64,000 nucleotides of DNA from Marsupella aquatica. Taxonomy: Eukaryota > Plantae > Marchantiophyta. Position 1 is the stretch's first letter. Each line of letters starts with the position of its first letter. The DNA lies in assembly GCA_973895155.1 (NCBI GenBank), contig OZ316898.1, positions 15,964,330-16,028,329 of the forward strand, written 5' to 3'. Positions 40,301 through 50,039 of this stretch are shown here, one piece after another. Position numbers and translations under genes: made by a program. A model generated the notes under the pieces. It was given only the letters and a program-made list of their open reading frames with translations. It was not told where the DNA came from and did not search any database.

Positions 40301-41067
40301 GCGAGAATGTATCACTGGCAAAGTTAGAGCTGCAACCAACATCGTTTGGTATGCACTTTAGCATGCGCGATCTGCTACGTCTCCAGTTTCGCGATTCTGA
40401 GCTTGGGATGAAATTTCACTTCGAGTTGGAAGGGCAATCGGCTGCGGTTTAAGCTCAGACTTTGCCAGAGCATTGGAAACAGCGAGAATGTATCACTGGC
40501 AAAGTTAGAGCTGCAACCGACATCGTTTGGTATGCACTTTAGCATGCGCAATCTGCTACGTCTCTAGTTTCGCGATTCTGAGCTCGGGGTGAAATTTCAC
40601 TTCGAGTTGGAAGGGCAATCGGCTGCGATTTGAGCTCAGATTTTGCCAGAGCATTGGAAACAGCAAGAATGTATCACTGGCAAAGTTAGAGCTGCAACCG
40701 ACATTGTTTGATATGCACTTTAGCATGCACGATCTGTTACGTCTCCAGTTTCGCAATTCTGAGCTTGGGGCAAAATTTCACTTCGAGTTGGAAGGGAAAT
40801 TGGCTACGGTTTAAGCTCAGACTTTGCCAGAGCATTGGAAATAGCGAGAATGTATCACTGGCAAAGTTAGAGCTGCAACCGACATCGTTTGGTATGCACT
40901 TTAGCATGCACGATCTGCTACGTGTCCAGTTTCGGGATTCTGAGCTTGGGGCGAAATTTCACTTCGAGTTGGAAGGGCAATCGGCTGCGGTTTGAGCTCA
41001 GATTTTGGCAGAGTGTTGCAAACAGCGAGAGTGTATCACTGGCAAAGGTAGAGCTGCAACTGACATC
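40301..41067 (+). repeat. 181-bp tandem monomers in the LINE 5' UTR (~4.2 units)
   Basis: GCGAGAATGTATCACTGGCAAAGTTAGAGCTGCAAC recurs at ~40301, 40482, 40663, 40844 and 41025. Confidence 0.93.
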
Positions 41068-41129
41068 CTCTACTGCTCCCAATTTCTATTTGTCGTCTAA
41101 GAGTACATTCTAACAACAGTTTCAGCTTT

Positions 41130-41903
41130 GTGATGGCAACGGAGGAGATTGCCCATCTCAAGGCTTTGCTTGAGAAAATCTTAGTTGTGGCTGAAAACTC
41201 CGCAATTGAGATTACCACGCTCAGCAAGGAGGTGACGGAGCTAAAGAATGAGAATGTCAAGCAAAAGAGGTTGATTAGTGATCTTCGATCTCAAACTCAG
41301 GAGAATGGTAAGCAACTCTCATTGCTTGCATCGTGTTTTGGAGACATGGAGAAGAGTATGTGCCCTGAGAAATCAGTGATACATGAGGCTGTAGGGGAGA
41401 TTGAGGAGAAGCTCAAAACCTTTGCACAGGCTGCAAAACAATCACATATGGAATTTGTCCAAGCCAAGGAGGAGGAGAGGAGAGCACTAGAAGAAGAACA
41501 CAAGAACCAGCATGCAAGAGTCAGCAACTGCAAAATATCAGGCCTTGTTGAGGAGGAGAAGGAAGACACCAAGAAGGTAGCAATTTCATTCTTCCAATCT
41601 CAGATGAAAGTGCATGACCCTATCATTTTGCAAGCATATAGGATTGGGCAAAAGAAGGGGGACCTTCCACGTCCAATCTTGGTGAAGTTTGCAGCTGAAT
41701 CCGAGAAAGCTAGAGTGATGGCTAACAGGAGCATGCTTAAAGGGCTAAGGATTTGGTTGGATGATGATCTGACTCCCACACAAGTCCAAGCAAGGAAAAT
41801 TGAGCTTGAGAAGGTGAGGGTAGCCAAAGACCAAGGATTGGTAGCCTACTTGCGCAATGGACAAGCTGTTGTTACCAATAAGAAGAGAGTTGTTTCTAAA
41901 TGA
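41130..41903 (+). CDS. LINE ORF1 (coiled coil plus RRM/CTD-like region)
   Basis: 257 aa; heptad-rich N-terminus, NCKISGL, RIGQKKGDLPRPILVKF, IWLDDDLT. Confidence 0.85.
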   Translation: MMATEEIAHLKALLEKILVVAENSAIEITTLSKEVTELKNENVKQKRLISDLRSQTQENGKQLSLLASCFGDMEKSMCPEKSVIHEAVGEIEEKLKTFAQAAKQSHMEFVQAKEEERRALEEEHKNQHARVSNCKISGLVEEEKEDTKKVAISFFQSQMKVHDPIILQAYRIGQKKGDLPRPILVKFAAESEKARVMANRSMLKGLRIWLDDDLTPTQVQARKIELEKVRVAKDQGLVAYLRNGQAVVTNKKRVVSK

Positions 41904-41915
41904 TGGATTGGGACC

Positions 41916-44900
41916 TTGAGAGTCATGGCATGGAATGTTTCAGGACTTTCCATAGAAACAACAATTGGAGGGGAACCTTTGTTTGAGAATTTTGACATCT
42001 TGCTTTTCATGGAGACTTGGGAATATGAGGGAAATGCTCTACCTAGCATTAAAGGCTTTACTTGCATACAATCCATCTTCAATGAGAAGAAGACCACACG
42101 GGGAAGAGGGTTTGGAGGCATTGCTGTCTACACCAAGAATCAACTTCAACACATCACCTCTATTGAACATGAAGATCCCAGCAAGCAGTTCATGGTGGTG
42201 AGACTTCATACCAGAGGTACTCCATCATTTCTGATTGTCACCTACTTTGCTCCCCTTAATATGAATGTCTATAAGATGGGAATTGCTGATGCACATTATC
42301 CATTTCATAGGTTAATCCAAGTCATTCATGATATATCACCACTAGGGGAGACATGGATAGTGGGGGACTTTAATGCCAGGGTATCTAATGAACAATTTAC
42401 TGAAAGTGAGGACTTAGGAACTTTACCTTGGTCATCATGTAGTGAAGAGATACCTTGGGTGAGAGAGGCTCTTGACACCAGAACAAATGACATGACACGT
42501 CACTTTTTGCATTTGGGAGCTTCTTGTAATCTAAGAATATTGAATGGGCTTGAGAGATTTCCCCAATCATCTGGTTACACTTTTAGATCTAAACAAGGAT
42601 GTAGTACCATTGATTACCTTCTTGCCTCACCTACCTCTGCCACTAGAGTGGTTGACTTTCAAATACTTGATCAACAACCAGAGTCTTCACACTTGCCTTT
42701 GTTGTTCCATCTTGACCTGACCACAATCCCAAACAAAGTGCATAGAAAGCCAGTACCCAAACCTCTGTTTCTAGACCCTGATAGAGAAGTCATCTTCAAA
42801 GCCAACTTTGAACATCTTCTCCATACCCTGGATGATCAGATTGAGCTCTCAGAAGTCATAGCACAAGCAGCAGCCTCTACTTTCTCCACCAAACCCCCTA
42901 GAAAGCAAAACATGAAGGCTTGGTTTGACGAGGATTGTGCTAGAGCAAGGATGCAAGCAAGATCACATTCAAGGGAAAAGAGACTTTTGGCATTCACTAT
43001 GTACAAGAACTTCATCAAACACAAGAAGAGGTGCTTCTTGAAGAGTCATCAACAATCACTATGTGAGGAGTTCATCAAACATCCAAAACATTTTTGGGAG
43101 AGAATGCAATCAGGCAAGACTACTCCCCCCTTGGATCACCAGGACCTGGTAACCTATGTCACATCCTTGTATTTCTTTCCAGATGCTAGTGGCATGCCTT
43201 TGCCCCTTGGGGACACCATTCAGTTTACAGAGAGGGAGGTGAAGGTGCATCTTTCCCACATGCAACATGGGAAAGCTAAAGATCTGTTGGGCCTGAACTT
43301 GGAGCTTCTTTTGTGGGGAGGACCCTCTTTACTAACAAACTTGGTGCATGAGCTGAATCAAGCAATGGCTTTAGGTTTACCTAAAGCTTGGATGACCAGA
43401 AGAGTGGTGCCTATCTTCAAGGCAGGCAACAAGGACGATGTGCACAACTACAGAACCATCATGGTAGGCAATACTTTTGCTAAAGTTTTGGGAGGACTAC
43501 TTGAAGCCAGATTAAGCTCTTGGTTGGAGAGTGAGATGAAAAGGGCACCTTCACAAGCAGGTTTTAGGAGAGAATTCAGCACTATGGATCACATTCTCTG
43601 CTTGAGGGTGTTGTGTGAAAAGGCCAAATCTCCACATAAACCATTATTTTGCTTGTTTGTGGACTTCTCCAAGGCCTTTGACAAAGTTTCCCGATCCAAG
43701 CTTTGGGATAGGATGGTGGAGTTGGAAGTGCCTGAAGAGCTCAGGTTGGCTGTTTCTAAATTGTACCAAGAAGTGCGCATCAAACTTTCAAAGGAAACCT
43801 CTGAAGAAATCTGGAGCACTCTTGGGGTGATCCAAGGTTGTCCTCTCTCACCAACTCTCTTTGGCATCTTCATTGATCAGCTACACAACATTTTGGAGGA
43901 GCATGGCGGAGTTGGCACTCAATTGGGTAGGTTTGTCCTCCAACTTCTTATATTTGCAGATGATGTGGTCCTACTTGCTCATGCTCAAGAAGCTTTGCAA
44001 AGACATCTCAATGCCTTGGAGGAGTTTTGTCAAGCAACAGGGATGGTAGTCAACCTCAAGAAGACCAAGTGTTTGGGCATTGGCACACAACAAAATCCAG
44101 AGCTCTACTTCCAAGGGAATCTGGTGGAATTTGTGAGGACCTACAAATACCTTGGGGTGGAGTTCTCTCAAAACTTGAGTTGGGCCTCATGTGTAAAATC
44201 TAGGGCTGCCAATGGGTACAGAGCTTTTTATGCATTCATGAACAAATGCAAAAGAGCTGGTCTACACACTTGGAGGTTAAGGAAACATCTCTTTGGAGCT
44301 TTGGTGAAACCAGTCATTCTTTATGGAGCACCAATTTGGGGAGCAGGTGTGTCTAAATCTGGGTGGCAACAGATTGAGGGGCTGCAAAAGCTATTTCTTG
44401 AGATGGAGCTTGGGATCAAGTCACAAACCCCATATGCACTTACACTTGCAGAGGCAGGCTTGTTTCCTTTGGAGGTGGAGGCACTCTTCCACACACTCAA
44501 ATACATCATGCGTGTAAGAGAGTTGGAGGAAAACAGATTTCCTTTTCATGCCTTGCGCTCATCTTCAGCTAAAGGGTGGTATGCAGATGTGTGCAGGTGG
44601 GCCCATGCTTGGGATTTTCCTGAACATGAATGGCCAACACACCCAACCAAGCTAAGAGCAAAACTTGAGCAAAAGGCTTTGCACAAACTTTGGCATGAAC
44701 CTAGCCCACGGCAGCAATACTACATGAGAGATGTGAACCCCATGAAGAAATATCGAGAACAAGAATACTTATCTAGCACTATCTCAGTACAACTTAGACA
44801 ACTTATTGCTCAGTATAGACTAAGCTCACACCACCTTGAAGTAGAACAAGGGAGATGGAAGGATATTGACAGGAAAAAGAGGGTTTGTCAACTATGTGAT

Positions 44901-45119
44901 AGCTCTAGTATAGAGAATGAATATCATGTATTCATTGCTTGCAAGTTTTATGAGGGGGTTAGGATGGCATCTCAAATCTTGGTGAAAGATTTGTATGCAT
45001 TGTTTGGTCTGCCCCCTCAGCAACTTGGAAGATATATCTTTGCGGTGGATAGGGAAAGGAGAATAGGTTTGGAAAATCTTTCAGGGCTCTCTAGGTCCAT
45101 AGTTTCTTTGAGGACATAG
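41916..45119 (+). CDS. LINE ORF2: APE endonuclease, reverse transcriptase and C-terminal CCHC
   Basis: MAWNVSG, ETW, IVGDFNAR, STIDY, SSHLP; RT NYRTI, QAGFR, FVDFSKAFD, GVIQGCPLSPTLF, FADD, YKYLG; RLSSHHLEVEQGRW...CQLC...EYHVFIAC. 1067 aa uninterrupted. Confidence 0.95.
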   Translation: MRVMAWNVSGLSIETTIGGEPLFENFDILLFMETWEYEGNALPSIKGFTCIQSIFNEKKTTRGRGFGGIAVYTKNQLQHITSIEHEDPSKQFMVVRLHTRGTPSFLIVTYFAPLNMNVYKMGIADAHYPFHRLIQVIHDISPLGETWIVGDFNARVSNEQFTESEDLGTLPWSSCSEEIPWVREALDTRTNDMTRHFLHLGASCNLRILNGLERFPQSSGYTFRSKQGCSTIDYLLASPTSATRVVDFQILDQQPESSHLPLLFHLDLTTIPNKVHRKPVPKPLFLDPDREVIFKANFEHLLHTLDDQIELSEVIAQAAASTFSTKPPRKQNMKAWFDEDCARARMQARSHSREKRLLAFTMYKNFIKHKKRCFLKSHQQSLCEEFIKHPKHFWERMQSGKTTPPLDHQDLVTYVTSLYFFPDASGMPLPLGDTIQFTEREVKVHLSHMQHGKAKDLLGLNLELLLWGGPSLLTNLVHELNQAMALGLPKAWMTRRVVPIFKAGNKDDVHNYRTIMVGNTFAKVLGGLLEARLSSWLESEMKRAPSQAGFRREFSTMDHILCLRVLCEKAKSPHKPLFCLFVDFSKAFDKVSRSKLWDRMVELEVPEELRLAVSKLYQEVRIKLSKETSEEIWSTLGVIQGCPLSPTLFGIFIDQLHNILEEHGGVGTQLGRFVLQLLIFADDVVLLAHAQEALQRHLNALEEFCQATGMVVNLKKTKCLGIGTQQNPELYFQGNLVEFVRTYKYLGVEFSQNLSWASCVKSRAANGYRAFYAFMNKCKRAGLHTWRLRKHLFGALVKPVILYGAPIWGAGVSKSGWQQIEGLQKLFLEMELGIKSQTPYALTLAEAGLFPLEVEALFHTLKYIMRVRELEENRFPFHALRSSSAKGWYADVCRWAHAWDFPEHEWPTHPTKLRAKLEQKALHKLWHEPSPRQQYYMRDVNPMKKYREQEYLSSTISVQLRQLIAQYRLSSHHLEVEQGRWKDIDRKKRVCQLCDSSSIENEYHVFIACKFYEGVRMASQILVKDLYALFGLPPQQLGRYIFAVDRERRIGLENLSGLSRSIVSLRT

Positions 45120-45409
45120 TTGTCCTCTTCTGAGCAATCTCTTTTGGTTGCTCTTTTCTTTGATTGCATTGTACTTTACTTTTTGTGGCAGCTCCTTTGA
45201 CTTTCATGGTCCCGGAGCTTATAATACATTACCATTACCATTACCATTACTTTACTTTTTGTGGCAGCTCCTTTGACTTTCATGGTCCCGGAGCTTATAA
45301 TACATTACCATTACCATTACCATAACTACGGACTACTATGTCCATAGCGCGCGTGCTAAGCACGGATTAGACCGGATCACTCATTAACCGCCGTGCTGGC
45401 GGCGTCACA

Positions 45410-48400
45410 AGACCATAAAGGCTGAGCCAACACCTCATGTCCATTCTCTGGTACAGAGAAGACAAGATTTTCCTTCAATGTATTCCAGAATTTACAGATG
45501 TTTGACCAGACATCAGAACCTTCAGTTGGTAATGAACGACACCTATTAAAGACCCAAGCATAGTCTTCTGAACCCCATCTGTGGGAGGATAGCTAGCGAA
45601 TTCTAGTCCTCAACAGCACTTGAAGTGGATGATTACCATTCATCATAGCAAACAGTATAAATCTAGCAGCCAACACCATTACCTAATCTTCAAAGGAAAT
45701 CATACCAACCCCCCGTTCCTTTTAAGGCAGCGCCAAAATTCATAAATTTATTCTGTGCCTTGCCGAAACCTCTTGGCCTGCCCATAAAAATTCAATAAGA
45801 ATCATCTTAATCTCATGTAATTCAGAAGCGGAACCACTCCATAAAGTAAGGATGTACCATAGTGAACCCATTAGAACATGATTAATAACCAGAACCCTAG
45901 CCATGAATGAATGCGGTCTAGATTTAAGCTGTTTCAACTTCTTTTCCAACATTGATTTGATTTGTACCATACCACCAATTGAGTCAATTCCATTGGCCCC
46001 GAAAAGATAACCCAACAATTTGGAGTAGTTATTCATCGATTCCCACTTCCAACCCAAGTTTGACAACTCATTTAGAATGGGAAGTCTGTTGAATAAGATA
46101 GCACATGTGAAATTCCAGTCACATTGCAAGCCTGATGCCGTTGCAAACATCTCAAAGAATAATTTGCAACAAGAAATATTCAGCTGATCTCCCTTCAGAA
46201 TGATTGTCATGTTATTAGCATAAAATTGATGAGCTTAGTGAATATCCGTATCCTTAAATTGGACCCCTTCCAGCAACCTTGAGTCTAATTTCTCCATTAA
46301 GAGACAGTCAAGGCCTTGCATAGCATAATAAAGAGCATGGGAGAAACAGGGGACAACCTTGTCTTACAAAGCGAGTAACTCTGCCATTTAGCATGATAGC
46401 AAAGGAAGCATAGTAGTTATTGCTCCAAAAAAATTGATGAAAGATGCTCCAAACCCCAGTTAATCCAGCATGCGCTCGATAAAAATCCACTCCACACTAT
46501 CAAATGCTTTAATCACATTGAGTTTTAAGCACACATACGGATCTTCCTCTAGCATTGCCTGAGTAACCAATTCATTGGTCAGCTGCATCGTATGATGAAT
46601 CAATCTCCCTGGGAGATAAGCATACTATTGATCAGCGATAATTCTCATCAAGATCTTCAATAATCTCAGTTGATGGTTTTTGTACCAACCTTATAACCAA
46701 CAGTGAGGAGAGAAATATGGCGTTTATTCTCAAATTTTAACTCATCCCCTTTCTTGGGAAGTAAGACGATGATTCCCTTAAGAAAACTATGACTGAATCT
46801 TCTAGTCTCGGCCATAGTTGAGAGCCGCCAACAAAAGCGGACCAGCTTCCATCCAAAAAGCAATAACAAACTCTGTCGGCACTCCATCATGCCCTGGAGC
46901 TTTGTTTTTCCCTAGAGCCTTCGTTGCTTCCAAAATTTCCAGAAGTGTAAATGGGACATTTAAAGCCAATCGTTCTTTCTCCAATATGCCACATTTCACA
47001 TTTTTCAATACCAGATCCAATTCAACTTCTGACGGTTGCAATTTAGAAGAGAGCAACAAAGAAAAAATTTGATAGCAATCTTGGACATATCTTCCCAATC
47101 ATGTTGGACAACCTGATCCTCATCATATAATCCTTTAACTTCCGATTCCACCAAGTTAGCCTTAAAAGAGTTGAACTGTATTTTAGAACACCTATCTCCC
47201 ATCTGAATCCACTTCACACGGCTTGCTTCTTGTAACCATTTTAATTCTCCCTCTTCAAACACCTTGAGCAGTGTAGTACAGTCTGCTAGCTTAGATTGCA
47301 AAACCAGATTTTGCGGTGATCCTTCTACCTCTGATTGAGCGAAAGACAGATTATGTTTCAATTCTTCTAATTGTCGTCCTTTAGCCATCGCCATATGCGT
47401 ACCGGCCCCAAGCACGATCCAGATTAGTAGCTTTTTTGAGGCAGCATTCCAACTCTTTATGTGGTGGGACTTTTTTAGGTAACGATCTGTGAGCTAGCTT
47501 CAGCTGTAAACAACTCAACCATGCTTTGTCAATAACTGACATCCATAAAATGAGCCGTATTCATCTTGAACCTAGAAAAACATACAGTGACCTCCAGCCG
47601 TGCAAACAATACTAAGCGGATGATGATTTGACATATATTGAGCAACAAAAAATTGAAGACACTGGAGTGAACTTCATTAGCTGAGAAGCAACCGGGGCAT
47701 AACACCTATCAAGCCTACGTAGAATCCTTTCCAAAAGTTGACTTCTGGCCAACATTTTGTTATTACACCAGGAAAATCTCAATTTACCAAGGAGATGAGT
47801 AAATGTATTTTCCCATTTCATCGTAGGCTTCAGATGATCCCACGCTTTCTTTTCCCTTCTAGAAATCACATGGGGATTGCCACCAATCTGATCCTCTAAC
47901 TGTTCAACCATACTAAAAATCTCCCACCAATAACCAAACCAAATAATTTGGAATGTAATGAAAGATTTCTCCCCAAAGAGTGGTACGATCTCTTTCTCCC
48001 TCCGAACCAGTTGGAGCATAGATATTTAAAATACCAAATTCTCCTAGTTTGGGGTGATTGAATAAAAACCAAATACCTCTCCCACTTGGTAGAAGCCAAC
48101 AAATACCAGGGAGGGCTTTAATCTTGGCCCCACAACCATAAACAAACCTCCTTTGCCTGAATTTGCTTCTGGATCTCTAAGAGCCACATCACCATCACTC
48201 GCTGGACTACTGTAAAAGTCCGATTCCTTCCATAACTGGTAAGATAACATATGCAGCCTCCCACTTCTGAGATGATGCTCTTGCCCACAAAAGACATCCA
48301 TCCGGGGTAAGGTTGTTTTAATGAATTGACAAACCTTAGATATCCTGTCTGCCCCACCCTAAGCCTTGCACATTGTGGGAAACAATGTGTAGCTTCATCT

Positions 48401-48500
48401 ATGCAAGCTAGAAGATAAGGATTCACCAGACTCCAACCTCTATAACTGTAATGAGGTAACCAACGGATCAAGAGAACTTTCAATTCCTGAAAGTTTAAGC
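45410..48500 (-). mobile_element. L1/Tx1-like LINE, EN and RT (decayed)
   Basis: FCGQEHHL, RRLDRCY, KAPGHDG, GIIVLLPKKG, VRQGCPL; multiple frameshifts and stops. Confidence 0.85.
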
Positions 48501-48505
48501 ACCTT

Positions 48506-50039
48506 TGTGACTTCTTCCACTAGAACACTTTCTTTCTATAGGAGAGTGGTGGACCTTGCCACCTAGAGCCCTCATCAATCCCAACATTCACGCCTAAGTG
48601 CCCTTGGTGCCAGAACGCCTCCATGGAATACCTTGAGCAAGCACCCAAGTGCCTCTTGCACCACCAGCGGCCCCTCCCATACGAAGTCGCACTTGCTCAC
48701 CAACACAACCGCTACTCAACGGTCCTCACCGTCTGCACAAGCAACCAAGCACCTCGGTAAGTAACCCTTCAGGATCTAGAACCCGCCAAGTCTAGCATCC
48801 TACCTCAAGCTCAATAGACGTTGGTAGATAGGTCAGCGATAGGTCCTCCCGATGCCATAAGCCGGAACCAGAACCCACGCCCACTGTTTCGTCCAGAATA
48901 GCTCCTTCCTTGGGCGCGACCCGGGTTCCCCCTTGTACCTATCCATCACCAACTGACCGTCCTGACCCCAGGACATGCTCATGGCCCAAATAGCGTAGCT
49001 TGTCCTAAAGCTTGTCCCAAGTTTGTCCCAACACGCCGGGACCAGAACGACCCCGACTCTAGCAACTAACTCCCGGTTCACCCCTCTGATGGTCTAGGGG
49101 CCGAGCACCCTGGGAACTCAGCCTCCACACCTACTTGGCCTTGCCTCCCCAATGCAAGCTCCCTTGGGAGACTGTACGCGGCTTGGCTACTGTTCGGCAC
49201 GATTTGGCAAGCGGGCAAGCTAACACCCGAAAACCATGAGAACCCATGGAACCCCTAGACCCAGCTGAGCTCAGGAGGGCGTGGCCCTCCTCAAGAGCTT
49301 TCCAACGCACCCAAGAAGTCTCCAACGGGCTTCCCGTTGGGAAGATATCGCCATTTCTGTTTGGCGGTTTCTCTTGGTGTCGCGACCGCCGCGACTCACG
49401 ACTTCGGCTCGCCCTTAGCCCCCGGGGAGGCACCACTCCCCTCATATATGCTTCTGGGGACCTGCCACCCCCGGACAAACTTTGGTCCCCAACCATTTGG
49501 CCCCCAACCCGGATCCCATCGCGCATAATGGGCGCGCCACCAACTGGCAACGCCCATAACTTTCTTGATAGGCATCCGCAAGCGGAGTGCCTTAGCCCGT
49601 TGTGATCGGGCCGACCCAGTGCTCATGCCTAGGCCCTCAGGTCCGATCGCCGCTCAAGGTCCCTGACCGGCCCAACCCGGATCGGGCCACAACTTGCGCC
49701 CCAAGCCTCCGTTGCCAATGGGGTCAACTCCATTGGCCTTGGGCCCAAGAGGAGCTCACACTCAAGCCCTCAGAACTCAAAGTCCATCCGAAGGTCCGGA
49801 CGGCCATCCTTGAGCCCGGCCCATTTCCCCTTGACCCGACCAGCTATCGGCTAGTCCAAGTCCTTAGTGTATGTCCCCTGCTTGGCTCCTTGCCTCACTA
49901 GTGCCATGTCTCGTTGCCCACAAGTCTCCCCATGCTAAGTCCTCCCCTGATGGCCTATCCGGGCCTGGACCACAAGGGAGCTTGGTGTCGGAGTCAGCGA
50001 CGCCGGAGCTAAGTGTTAGAGTAGTCGAGTTCCGCGACT
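48506..50039. repeat. Family C dispersed repeat (LTR-like), copy 2
   Basis: Begins TGTGAC where the L1 coding sequence ends; the last ~730 bp are homologous to 16430-17161. No TSD found. Confidence 0.55.

Larger units (their letters stand above)
40301..45323 (+). mobile_element. Full-length RTEX-like non-LTR retrotransposon
   Basis: 5' tandem monomers, ORF1, intact ORF2, 3' stem-loop, (CATTAC)n tail, and a duplicated final ~73 bp. Confidence 0.9.
29812..45409 (-). mobile_element. Family B ORF-bearing element, copy 2 (left end deleted; hosts family A copy 2 and the RTEX LINE)
   Basis: Terminus GGCGTCACA at 45409 matches the copy 1 start. Decayed ORF 39920-37313 is homologous to copy 1. 29812-30350 is the reverse complement of 15570-16095. 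Confidence 0.82.

Noticed and set aside
40301-41067. tRNA-derived Pol III promoter in the 181-bp monomer
   Set aside because: TGGCAAAGTTAG is A-box-like, but there is no convincing B box or cloverleaf.
40290-45330. Strict CATTAC target-site specificity of the RTEX LINE
   Set aside because: The flanks here resemble the tail, but the 57345 insertion has TSD CAAGA with no CATTAC, so only microhomology is supported.
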